DNA from: an uncultured candidate division WWE3 bacterium
GTDB taxonomy: Bacteria > Patescibacteriota > WWE3 > UBA101185 > UBA10185
Direction of reading: 5' to 3'
Assembly: GCA_903879985.1 (NCBI GenBank)
Contig: CAIRNR010000007.1
Location: 412,880-463,518 of the forward strand
DNA: 50,639 nucleotides
This document shows, piece by piece, positions 17,848 to 26,926 of this stretch (position 1 is the first letter of the stretch; each line of letters begins with the position of its first letter). Made by a program: the position numbers and the translations under genes. The notes beneath the pieces are model-generated. The model was given only the letters and a program-made list of their open reading frames with translations. It was not told where the DNA came from and did not search any database.

Positions 17848-19638
17848 ATGCCCGACAAAACCCATACTCCCTCAAAGATCTATCAGATTTTTATAGGCAC
17901 AATAATGCTGTCAGCAGTGTTATTCGGTATCAAACCCTTGGTATTTGCAAAAAATCCCTGCGATAGCGACAAGAATAGCGACGACTGCTACGCATACCTT
18001 CAAGCACAATATGATTCCACAAGTAAACAACTTAACGACATCAGAACTCAAAAAGATAGCATCAGTAAAAAACTAAGCGACTACGCCTCCCAACTAACAG
18101 TTACCCAAAGTCAGATTAACGATTTAGAAGCACAAATTAGTAAAACCGAAACCGACCTTGCAGCGATAAACCAAAGTCTTCAAGAAACAAAGGGCTCACT
18201 ACAAGGCAAAATTGATTTGCGGGATACAGTTTTACGAAACTACGCAATGCATCATCAACTTAATGATTTGGAAACTTTTTTGGCATATAAAACAGGCGTC
18301 AATCTCACGGGATTTCAATTCTCTGCTCTTTCACAGGAATTTAGTAAAGCAGTTACAGAACAAACTGTGAAAATAATTGGCGGACTAAATTCAGAGATTA
18401 ACAGTTATGAATCAGACAAAGCTGAAGGTGAAAAGTTAAAAGGCGAATTAGAAGATAACCAACAAAAATTCTTAGCAATGAAAAATGATTTAGCCAACAA
18501 AAAAACATCGGCACAAACGCAATTAACAAATGTTACTCAAACAGAAACTACTCTAGAAACAAAACTAGCCGAACTTAGTGCACAACAACAATCAATTTTG
18601 TCGGCAAAAAACGGCGAAGGCACAGGATCGGTTGGAGATTTTGAATCACCGAAAGTAACTACACCAAATCCTCCATCTGGATTTGGAACAGCTTTTGCGG
18701 CATTTAGTTACGGCGCATACACGCATTACAACGGCATGAGTCAGTATGGCGCAAAGGGGCGCGCAGATTCCGGTCAAAAATACGATAAGATTTTAAAGTT
18801 CTATTACAAAGTAGGCACTACAAAACAAAAAGGTTTAGATTCAAGCAAAATCAGTGTACAAGGGGCAGGCACAATGACTTACCGAGACTATTTATATGGA
18901 CTTGCTGAAATGCCAGCTACTTGGCCAATAGAGGCCTTAAAAGCACAAGCAGTTGCAGGTAGAACATACGCAAGTAAAGCAGGTAAACCTATTTGTACTT
19001 CTCAAAGTTGTCAGGTATTTAGTAAAAGTAAATCCGATGGCGTAAAGAACGGACAATATCCTTTATGGAAAAAAGCCGTCGATGATACTGCCGATGAAGT
19101 TTTAGATAATTCGAGCACCTCACAATATTCTTCAACTACTGGCGGATATATAAACAACATTGGCTGGGATACAAGCGGAAATTGGCCAGGCGACGCATAC
19201 GAAAAGAAAGCAGCATCACCTTGGTTTTATAAAGCTTGGTACATAAAAAGTTATGCTGACACAAGCAACTGTGGTCGAAATCACCCATGGCTTACCGAAA
19301 AAGAAATGGCCGATATTTTAAATTCATGGGTTGTTTGGAATAAAGGCTCAAGTAGCGATAAAGGACGAATTTCACCTGTAACAACAAGCTGCTGGGGAGG
19401 AAATCCATATTCATTAACTGATATGGCAGATAAAGCCGATAAATATGGCGATAAATACACAAGCATAAGTAGCGTAGACGTTACAGTTGGAAACAATGGT
19501 ATTACGTCAAAAGTAACTTTCCAAACTAACAATGGTTCCGTTAGTATTGATGGTGACACTTTTAAAAGCGTCTTTAACTTACGTGCTCCAGGCTATTTAT
19601 CTATTAAGAGTAGATTGTTCGATATCGAAAAGAAGTAA
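17848..19638 (+). CDS. SpoIID/LytB-domain lytic transglycosylase with N-terminal coiled coil
   Basis: YLYGLAEMP..WPIEALKAQAVAGRTY, CQVF, GMSQYGA motifs. Confidence 0.9.
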   Translation: MPDKTHTPSKIYQIFIGTIMLSAVLFGIKPLVFAKNPCDSDKNSDDCYAYLQAQYDSTSKQLNDIRTQKDSISKKLSDYASQLTVTQSQINDLEAQISKTETDLAAINQSLQETKGSLQGKIDLRDTVLRNYAMHHQLNDLETFLAYKTGVNLTGFQFSALSQEFSKAVTEQTVKIIGGLNSEINSYESDKAEGEKLKGELEDNQQKFLAMKNDLANKKTSAQTQLTNVTQTETTLETKLAELSAQQQSILSAKNGEGTGSVGDFESPKVTTPNPPSGFGTAFAAFSYGAYTHYNGMSQYGAKGRADSGQKYDKILKFYYKVGTTKQKGLDSSKISVQGAGTMTYRDYLYGLAEMPATWPIEALKAQAVAGRTYASKAGKPICTSQSCQVFSKSKSDGVKNGQYPLWKKAVDDTADEVLDNSSTSQYSSTTGGYINNIGWDTSGNWPGDAYEKKAASPWFYKAWYIKSYADTSNCGRNHPWLTEKEMADILNSWVVWNKGSSSDKGRISPVTTSCWGGNPYSLTDMADKADKYGDKYTSISSVDVTVGNNGITSKVTFQTNNGSVSIDGDTFKSVFNLRAPGYLSIKSRLFDIEKK

Positions 19639-19733
19639 GCGCTAGCGACGAGGCAGCGCAAAAGTTAGAACGCTGTTGGCGTTAATGATAGGTCGCTCTA
19701 GCGACGTATCGCAGTATGCGATATAATCAAGTT

Positions 19734-20297
19734 ATGGTATTCAGCTCATTTATAGCGGATCCGCAAAGAACATCTTACGACGGTGCAGACGCCGATGAAA
19801 ACGTTAAATACGTTCTTCGTCGAAGTAAAATAACAAATATCCCCTGGCTTATTGCCACAGTAATCATGATAGCTTTACCTGTATTCGGCGTACCTTACAT
19901 TCTGGGTATTAAGTTTTCAGGAGAAATAGTATTTAAAGAAAACTATGTTTTTGTAGCGACATTATTTTGGTATTTAGCCACATTCGGTTTCTTTTTTCAA
20001 AAATTCGTAAATTGGTTTTTTAATGTTTTGGTTATCACAAACAAAAAACTTGTCGATATGGATTTTATTGGCTTAGCATACAAAAACATTTCAGAAACTA
20101 TGCTTTACAATATTGAAGACGTAACGTCTAATATCACAGGTATAGTGGGAACAATATTTAATGTAGGTGATGTTTTTATACAAACCGCAGCTGAAATGAG
20201 AGAATTTGAATTTATAGGTGCAGACGATCCTTCAAAAGTAAGAGACTTGATTATAGATTTAGTTGAGAAAACGAAAGGACACAATGCTACCCATTAA
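19734..20297 (+). CDS. Membrane protein with bacterial PH domain
   Basis: Two TMs, then VITNKKLVD...IEDVT...FNVGDVFIQTA. Confidence 0.8.
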   Translation: MVFSSFIADPQRTSYDGADADENVKYVLRRSKITNIPWLIATVIMIALPVFGVPYILGIKFSGEIVFKENYVFVATLFWYLATFGFFFQKFVNWFFNVLVITNKKLVDMDFIGLAYKNISETMLYNIEDVTSNITGIVGTIFNVGDVFIQTAAEMREFEFIGADDPSKVRDLIIDLVEKTKGHNATH

Positions 20298-20496
20298 GAC
20301 CGTAGGAATTGCTATAGAAATAGTAGGAATATTCTTTATGGCCATGTACATTGTTTTTGCATTTATTTTGATGCGCCAAGTACGTTTAATGAATGATAGT
20401 TTATCCACGCCCGTAAAACATGTATTCAGCCTTGTAGCCTTGATTCACTTCTTAGCCTCGTTGTTAATATTTTCCTTAGCTATACTTGCGATTTAG
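20284..20496 (+). CDS. Small two-TM protein (DUF5657-like)
   Basis: YIVFAFILMRQVRLMN pattern. Confidence 0.65.
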   Translation: MLPIKTVGIAIEIVGIFFMAMYIVFAFILMRQVRLMNDSLSTPVKHVFSLVALIHFLASLLIFSLAILAI

Positions 20497-20505
20497 TCTT
20501 TAAAC

Positions 20506-22308
20506 ATGAATAAAAAACTCGCCGCGAAAGTTCAACAACTAAACCCTTCGCTACCACAATACGGTACATCTTTTGCAAAGTGTATTGTGATCGAACCTGA
20601 AACCCGAGAACTTTTACTTAAAAAAGGTAGCGTTTATGCCGTTTACGAAATTTCATCTGATTCAAATTTCGACATAGCACTTATCGAAAGAGTTCTGCAT
20701 GATGTCATTTATAATTCCTACTACCAATCAGAAAATATTTCTCCAATACAATCAATGGAAAAAGCAATTGCCGACGCCCGCGATAAAGTTAGCCAACTTT
20801 CCAACGACGCATTAAGTTCAGATCCACAAAGCGTAAAGTTTAAAATCACATCAGCTGTTTTATGGGGAAACGTTTTGTATGTTGTCCAATACGATAAAGC
20901 CGAAAGTTATTTAATGCGTGAAGGTGCTATAAAACCAATAAGCACAATGACCGAAGGAACTTTTTCAGCAGCTTCCGGAATTGTTAAAGAAGAGGACGTT
21001 GTAATACTTTGCACTGCTGATTTTGCCAAAGTAATGCCTCCTCAAAAACTGTTATCGGTCAGAGTAACCGAGCAAGATTTATTACCAACACACGCATGTT
21101 TACTAATTAAGCTTTTTGTTGATACCAGTTTTACTTCCAGCGAAATTACAGATACAACTTTTCAAAAAGAAATGGGAAAAACTAAAGTCAACGGTGTGCA
21201 AGATGCCGGAGGAAAAATTTTAAAAACCGCAGCAATAAAAGTTGGAGGTGTTTTAAAAAAAGCTTTTGATAAAACCTCAAAACGTGTGCGCATTGTTAAA
21301 GTTCCAACTATTCCTGCACAAGCTTTATATAACAAAGTAAATAAAAACACATTGAAAAACAAAGGACTTATTATTTTACCAATCATCGCACTCGCACTTG
21401 TTGGTTCAATTGTTATAACAAAACTTACAAATAAAAAGCCTGTGGTAAAAACACAAAATACTACTGCGCAACAAACCACGACAACCGACGATAAGCAACA
21501 ACAAAATGAAGCTACACTTTTACCAACCACTACAGATAAACAATTTAAAGTAACGCGCATTGCCCCACAAGTTTTATACGATATAAAAATCACTGATCCA
21601 CAAACACAACCAACAGAAATAACAAATACAAGTAGTTTAATAATTGTTACCGATAAAACATCAGGAAAAATATATACATCACCAAAAGACGCTATAAAGT
21701 TTGATTTGCTTACAGGAACATTCCCCGGAATCAGAAGCATAACTACAGATAAAGGTAACCTTCACTTTTTAGATGCCTCAGGATACAAAATAATAAATTC
21801 TGCTACGGGCGAGGTCACAGAAAAGTATCCCTTAACAAATCCTACAGTCTCAAATACATACTCTGACTTTTTATATGTAGTTTCCGGCGACACACTGATA
21901 AGGTATTCACATAAGAACGGAACTCTACAAAGCGTAACTTGGGGTGAAAATACAACGTTCGCAAATGCCAGATCAATTGCTATTGCCTACAGTATTTATG
22001 TAATCACCTCTGACGGAACGTTAGAAAAATACACAAGCGGAAACAAAGTTACCTTTGCAATTAAAGGCTTAGACGATTCGTTGGCAGGTGCCACAAAGGT
22101 TATAGCTAACAGCGATTTAAAGAATGTTTACGTGCTAGATTCTGCTAATAAAAGAATCGTGATTTTGGATAGTGACGGAAGTGTGGTAAAACAATATAAA
22201 GCAGAAAGCTCAGACACATTTTCTGACCTAAAGAGCTTTGATGTATCACAGGATGAAAAAACTTTGTATTTGTTAGATGGAAGTAAAGTTTTAACTATTG
22301 ACTTATAG
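20506..22308 (+). CDS. PP2C-like N-domain, TM and beta-propeller-like C-domain protein
   Basis: SYLMREG..EEDVVILCT degenerate PP2C pattern; YVLDSANKRIVILD repeats. Confidence 0.65.
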   Translation: MNKKLAAKVQQLNPSLPQYGTSFAKCIVIEPETRELLLKKGSVYAVYEISSDSNFDIALIERVLHDVIYNSYYQSENISPIQSMEKAIADARDKVSQLSNDALSSDPQSVKFKITSAVLWGNVLYVVQYDKAESYLMREGAIKPISTMTEGTFSAASGIVKEEDVVILCTADFAKVMPPQKLLSVRVTEQDLLPTHACLLIKLFVDTSFTSSEITDTTFQKEMGKTKVNGVQDAGGKILKTAAIKVGGVLKKAFDKTSKRVRIVKVPTIPAQALYNKVNKNTLKNKGLIILPIIALALVGSIVITKLTNKKPVVKTQNTTAQQTTTTDDKQQQNEATLLPTTTDKQFKVTRIAPQVLYDIKITDPQTQPTEITNTSSLIIVTDKTSGKIYTSPKDAIKFDLLTGTFPGIRSITTDKGNLHFLDASGYKIINSATGEVTEKYPLTNPTVSNTYSDFLYVVSGDTLIRYSHKNGTLQSVTWGENTTFANARSIAIAYSIYVITSDGTLEKYTSGNKVTFAIKGLDDSLAGATKVIANSDLKNVYVLDSANKRIVILDSDGSVVKQYKAESSDTFSDLKSFDVSQDEKTLYLLDGSKVLTIDL

Positions 22309-22347
22309 TATTAATTACTAGAATAAGCAGTTGTACTTAAATCCGTC

Positions 22348-22376
22348 TTGACCAAATAAGGCTTTATAAGTACAAT
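22348..22376 (+). promoter_or_regulatory. sigma70-type promoter
   Basis: TTGACC-17 nt-TACAAT. Confidence 0.6.
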
Positions 22377-22392
22377 ACTGTCTGCTCACATC

Positions 22393-22746
22393 ATGTTAGA
22401 AAAGAAATTTATTGTTGAAAATTTACAAAAGACGCTATGTTACAAATGCGGCGCAAGTCTGGGAGAGGCTAAACTCGTACCACTTACGAACGCTCAAGTA
22501 GCATGGATCGCACATGCAGTCTGCCCAATCTGCAAAGCAGAAAGTATGGTAACAATTACATCGGCAGGCAGCGGAATAACGCCCGTACAATCAGACCTTA
22601 CAGGTATGGAGTACAAAAAGTTCGTGGGCATTAAATCCGTCAGCTACGATGAATTGCTTGACTTGCATGTGGCTTTAAAAAAGGAACCTTTATGGAACTT
22701 ATTGCAGAAAAAAGAGAAAAGCTTGGAAAAGCATCGAAAAGCCTAA
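22393..22746 (+). CDS. Zinc-ribbon hypothetical protein
   Basis: CYKC and CPIC; overlaps the rplY start. Confidence 0.7.
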   Translation: MLEKKFIVENLQKTLCYKCGASLGEAKLVPLTNAQVAWIAHAVCPICKAESMVTITSAGSGITPVQSDLTGMEYKKFVGIKSVSYDELLDLHVALKKEPLWNLLQKKEKSLEKHRKA

Positions 22747-23369
22747 GAGCTATTGGAAAAGTGCCAGCCAGTATATTTGGTAAAGGCATGGATACTGTAG
22801 CGATTACTTTAGAAAATATGGCAGTTAAAAAAGCGTTTGAAAGCGCTGGTGAAACGACCCTGATAGACGTTAAAGTCGGAAAAGACTCCTACAAAACCCT
22901 TTTTAAAGAAGTTCAATATGATCCAGTTAAAGGTAACATCATTCACGCTAACTTCTATAAACCAGACTTAACCATTAGAACAGAAGCTCAAGTTCCTGTT
23001 GAGATCATTAACAGTGATGAAAATCCACTTGTTAAAAGCACTGCAGCAGTTATTTTGGCACTTGTTAACGAAATCACAGTTAGTGCTTTACCAGCTGACT
23101 TACCTCACAAATTTGAAATTGATGCCAGTAAATTAACCGAAGTTGGCCAATCAGTTACAATTGCAGACTTAGACTTTGATCGTGAAAAGGTTGAAATCGT
23201 TGATATGGAACTTACAGACGTTGTCGTAAGAATCGATGCCATTGATACAACCGCCGAAGTCGAAGAAGCTGTTGTTGATGAATCCGCCGCTATCGAAGGC
23301 TTAACCGCTTCAAGTGAAAAGGTTAAGGACGATGAAGACGCAGAGGCTGAGACAAAAGACAAGAAGTAA
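22692..23369 (+). CDS. rplY: 50S ribosomal protein L25 (Ctc form)
   Basis: LRAIGKVPASIFG, KEVQYDPVKGNIIHANFY, LPADLP, acidic tail. Confidence 0.93.
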   Translation: MELIAEKREKLGKASKSLRAIGKVPASIFGKGMDTVAITLENMAVKKAFESAGETTLIDVKVGKDSYKTLFKEVQYDPVKGNIIHANFYKPDLTIRTEAQVPVEIINSDENPLVKSTAAVILALVNEITVSALPADLPHKFEIDASKLTEVGQSVTIADLDFDREKVEIVDMELTDVVVRIDAIDTTAEVEEAVVDESAAIEGLTASSEKVKDDEDAEAETKDKK

Positions 23370-23420
23370 CACCTAGGCGCGTGGCGCAGGTTCAAAGCTT
23401 TCCCTAATTTAAAAATAGTC

Positions 23421-23470
23421 AAAAAAAAGGACTCGCAGAAACATTTTATTGTTTTCCGTGAGTCCTTTTG
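23421..23470. terminator. Bidirectional intrinsic terminator
   Basis: AAAAGGACTC...GAGTCCTTTT between convergent genes. Confidence 0.75.
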
Positions 23471-23490
23471 TGTTACATGTTATTTGTTAC

Positions 23491-23757
23491 CTATTTCTTG
23501 AGCAATACGATGGCAGTGCTTGTTTTATCTTTATTTCGCTCTGCCAAAATTTTTGCAACATACGGGGGGTAAGTTGAAGTATCCGCATGCTGTTGCCGAA
23601 AGTGTTTATGCCAATCTAAATCCTTTTGTAAATTGGCTATAACCTGGCGGCTTTTTGGAGGCTTTGCAGCTTCTACCGCGGCAGCATTGCCTTTGATAAA
23701 ATCACCACATAGCGTAAACAGTTGTTTAGCTAATTTTAGCGTGAGTGGTGCTCCCAT
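23491..23757 (-). CDS. Hypothetical basic protein
   Basis: AGGAGAGAGGA SD; 88 aa. Confidence 0.65.
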   Translation of the reverse strand: MGAPLTLKLAKQLFTLCGDFIKGNAAAVEAAKPPKSRQVIANLQKDLDWHKHFRQQHADTSTYPPYVAKILAERNKDKTSTAIVLLKK

Positions 23758-23772
23758 TTTTCCTCCTCTCCT

Positions 23773-25434
23773 TTAGAACTTTCCAAACATCAAAACAAGA
23801 AAAGCCCCGTTTACTGCAAGGGAAAGTAATATATCCCAAGCCGTAGCGAGACCTATCCGCCCAACCACAATCTTTGACCATTTATCGCTGTTAACCGCAT
23901 CGGTTTTATCGTTCATCCAACCGGCAACAAATGTTTCGGCGAGCATCACAATCAGAAATGCTACAACCGGAGAACCGAAAAGTGCAACAGAGGGTTCCTG
24001 AATCAGCGCTAACTGACGAAGACCTACATAGAGCGCAATACCCAAGTACACCATAAGTACACCTCCCCATTTTAAGGACTTATCCGCGGCATCTTCCTTG
24101 TCGTCATCTCCCGAGGCTACCTTAGACTTTGGACGAACTAATTCGACTATCGAGAGAAGTACTGCAGCGAAAAGAACAAGGTAGGTCACAACAGACGCCT
24201 GCGACTCCCCAAACCTTTTCTGGCTCCATAGGCCTAAGATCTGCCATACGGGGTACAGCGGAGACAACTGCATACCAAACATCTGATTAAAAACCTGGGA
24301 AAACGTACCCAAATTTCCAAACCAGACTCCACCCACAACAGATATGCCGGCCAAATATAAAATGCCGGGACTAAAATCAAGGCCACCCTGATAGCAAAAG
24401 CTTATTACCGCTACTAAGGTTGCCACTGATACCGTCTGCGCGACACCCTGCACGTTTAGAGCAGTTAGTGCATTAACAATTGGCGGCCAATTACCCACCA
24501 GAAGTACCAAAACTATTCCAATTACAGCTACCACCCAATCGCCACGCTGCTTGTTGCGCCTACGATCCAAATAGCATGCGGCCACCATGATAGCGACGCA
24601 ACCAATTAAAAAGAAGTGCAAGTCACCTAACCATGGCGAGTTTGCGACATCAATAGGTTGCAGTTTTACTGGAGGCGGGGCCGGGACAAAACTATCTGCC
24701 TGAGCTGTTGGAGTCGCAGAAACCGTGTGTAAAACCCCGGTTTTGGTCATTCCAAAAACAAACAAGGCCAGCAAAATCCCCACAGCTACTGCTACCATAA
24801 TTAAAGTAACAAGTTGCTGGTGACCTTTAGAAATACTCGGTTTGGCATAGACGCGAGCTTTAGAAGGTAAAGGAGTTTCATCTGCGTCATCAAACCCTTC
24901 GTCATCACCTTCCTCAAACTCGTCGCCATCTTCTTCGTCGTCATCTTCAAACTCATCCCCCTCTTCCTCAGCGTCATCCAAATCTTCTTCTTCCTCATCA
25001 GGGGACACACCTTCGTCATCACGTTCAAGCGGAACATACGCGACAGGAGTACGTCTTGCGGCAGCTTGAGCAGCACGAGGATCCGGACGATCTTTAAGAT
25101 ATACTTCTTGATCCATGTCTTCTGTTACTTCCCAGATACCCCGTTTACTTGTACGCACTCCACCAAGCGTGGCACTTACAACAAATGCGCCACTACCTGG
25201 AGGAACCATCAAAACGGCGCAACCTTTAGCATCGGTGATTTTGGTTACTGCTTCAAACGTTACCCTAGCACCTTTGACAGGTTTCGCGTTTATACTGGTG
25301 TCAAAAACATAGACCGCAAGTTCTACCAAGGCAACAGCCCTTTTTTGCGGAGCACCTTTTTGCGTTTGCGCCTTTTTTGTAGGAGCAGCAGCTTGAGGCT
25401 TCTTCGCAAACGGATTCGGAATCTTTATTCCCAT
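23773..25434 (-). CDS. Polytopic membrane protein with beta-sandwich-like N-domain and D/E-rich linker
   Basis: PVKGARVTF..TDAKG motif, about 50-aa acidic tract, about 10 TM segments; purine-rich SD. Confidence 0.8.
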   Translation of the reverse strand: MGIKIPNPFAKKPQAAAPTKKAQTQKGAPQKRAVALVELAVYVFDTSINAKPVKGARVTFEAVTKITDAKGCAVLMVPPGSGAFVVSATLGGVRTSKRGIWEVTEDMDQEVYLKDRPDPRAAQAAARRTPVAYVPLERDDEGVSPDEEEEDLDDAEEEGDEFEDDDEEDGDEFEEGDDEGFDDADETPLPSKARVYAKPSISKGHQQLVTLIMVAVAVGILLALFVFGMTKTGVLHTVSATPTAQADSFVPAPPPVKLQPIDVANSPWLGDLHFFLIGCVAIMVAACYLDRRRNKQRGDWVVAVIGIVLVLLVGNWPPIVNALTALNVQGVAQTVSVATLVAVISFCYQGGLDFSPGILYLAGISVVGGVWFGNLGTFSQVFNQMFGMQLSPLYPVWQILGLWSQKRFGESQASVVTYLVLFAAVLLSIVELVRPKSKVASGDDDKEDAADKSLKWGGVLMVYLGIALYVGLRQLALIQEPSVALFGSPVVAFLIVMLAETFVAGWMNDKTDAVNSDKWSKIVVGRIGLATAWDILLSLAVNGAFLVLMFGKF

Positions 25435-25470
25435 TTTTCCCTTCCTTTCACTTTCTGACTGAATATGAAT

Positions 25471-25605
25471 TTTTCAAAGTGCATGATCTGCCTAAAAGAA
25501 TTTCTTAAGCAGTGAATACGTACTTGTAGTTCCGAGTGATGAAAAATTAATTTCCTCAACCGGAGTACAAGCAGAATTGGATTATGTTTCAAACACAATT
25601 CTGCT
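25471..25605 (-). promoter_or_regulatory. Three-hairpin leader ending in boxA-like GCACTTTGAAAA
   Basis: Inverted repeats at 25570-25605, 25523-25571 and 25488-25512; motif at 25482-25471. Confidence 0.5.
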
Positions 25606-25636
25606 AGTTTAAATCTGGTTAATTGAACGAAGAACT

Positions 25637-26839
25637 TTATTTTTTGGGCAGCCAGTCTTTTGAAGTAACTGCGGCAGCCACGTCGGGATCGGAAGCAACT
25701 AAAACGTAAAGGTTGTCCCTAAATTTATTTTCTAAATCATCGGGGATTACCTTCTGTGGTGTTGGCGAATCCAATCCTTGTAGATAATAGAACTCACCGT
25801 CTTTATTTGGCATTTCTATTACTACCGATAGTGTATTCAAACCTGTATAACCTCCCTTAATTGCGGCATCCTCAGCGGCGACTTTTAAATTATCGTAGGG
25901 CCAAGGGTTCGTGGGATCTGGAGAGGGATTGCTAAAGTGGTATTGCACCAGCTGGAACAACTTCTCCAAATTAGTTCTGGAACGACTACCGTCGGGCTGC
26001 ATTGGCGCCAACGTGTTCCAATAAGCAAGTTGGTAGCTAAGGTTATCAGCTTCATCTATCATTCCAGTGATGAAGTTGGGGTCTCCTTGCCACACTGTCT
26101 TGGAAACATCCAAAAAGGCGCGAGTTACTGCGGCCGGACTATCCAAGGTTTTCTTAACAACGTTACCGGGTTGAATACCTCCGGTCAAAAGTCCGAAACG
26201 TGCTTTAATAACCACGTCAGCCTTTTGTGTCTTTGTTATCTTTCTTGCAATAGAATCCGTCACGGGCGTGTTATCTACGCTGGTAACGGTGATGTTGGTT
26301 TGAAGATCACGTTGTAAAACACCACCATACAAACTCATGAGCATGGCAGTCATAGCGCAATAACGCGTCCCCGGCACAAGCATAAGAATTTTATCTTTTG
26401 CTGGGGCATTGGCCGCTACTCCGGGCTTTGAAAAATATCCTTGCTTACAAAAAGGACCTAAACCGGCAACGTCAATTTCTGACGATATTCTGCCATCCAG
26501 TCCTGCCGTTGCAACTTTTCCCGATAATGCCTGCGAAACTTTTCCGGCATCACCTTCTTTCAAATCTGTTGTCCAAGGTATCCATGTACTTACTTGATCA
26601 TGACCTTGAGGGCCGGGTGTTACCGTAGCCCTGCCGATATTCGCAACAACAGCATCTACGCCATTTATATGTGCCACCTGTGAGTCTGGTGCGATGAGGT
26701 ATAAATAACCGCCAACGACCATAGCCAAAATTATTGCTATAAGCACTATAAAAGCTAAGATTACGTACGGACTCATACCACCCACAACAACTACTGTCGG
26801 CGGTGAATAACCACTACGATATCTTCTTCTTTGAGGCAT
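25637..26839 (-). CDS. Single-TM exported hypothetical protein
   Basis: AAGGAGG SD; Arg-rich N-terminus followed by TM. Confidence 0.8.
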   Translation of the reverse strand: MPQRRRYRSGYSPPTVVVVGGMSPYVILAFIVLIAIILAMVVGGYLYLIAPDSQVAHINGVDAVVANIGRATVTPGPQGHDQVSTWIPWTTDLKEGDAGKVSQALSGKVATAGLDGRISSEIDVAGLGPFCKQGYFSKPGVAANAPAKDKILMLVPGTRYCAMTAMLMSLYGGVLQRDLQTNITVTSVDNTPVTDSIARKITKTQKADVVIKARFGLLTGGIQPGNVVKKTLDSPAAVTRAFLDVSKTVWQGDPNFITGMIDEADNLSYQLAYWNTLAPMQPDGSRSRTNLEKLFQLVQYHFSNPSPDPTNPWPYDNLKVAAEDAAIKGGYTGLNTLSVVIEMPNKDGEFYYLQGLDSPTPQKVIPDDLENKFRDNLYVLVASDPDVAAAVTSKDWLPKK

Positions 26840-26869
26840 AACTTCCTCCTTAACACTTAACTATGAGAA

Positions 26870-26912
26870 GATCCGCGCCACGAAATAAATTACATCTCGT
26901 GGACGCGGACCT
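26870..26912. other. Intergenic GC-rich stem-loop
   Basis: TCCGCG-CCACGA...TCGTGG-A-CGCGGA. Confidence 0.55.
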
Positions 26913-26926
26913 GTTAAAAACCTAAA

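Noticed and set aside
24880-25025. Repetitive TCATC/TCTTC sequence
   Set aside because: Encodes the D/E-rich linker; not a repeat array
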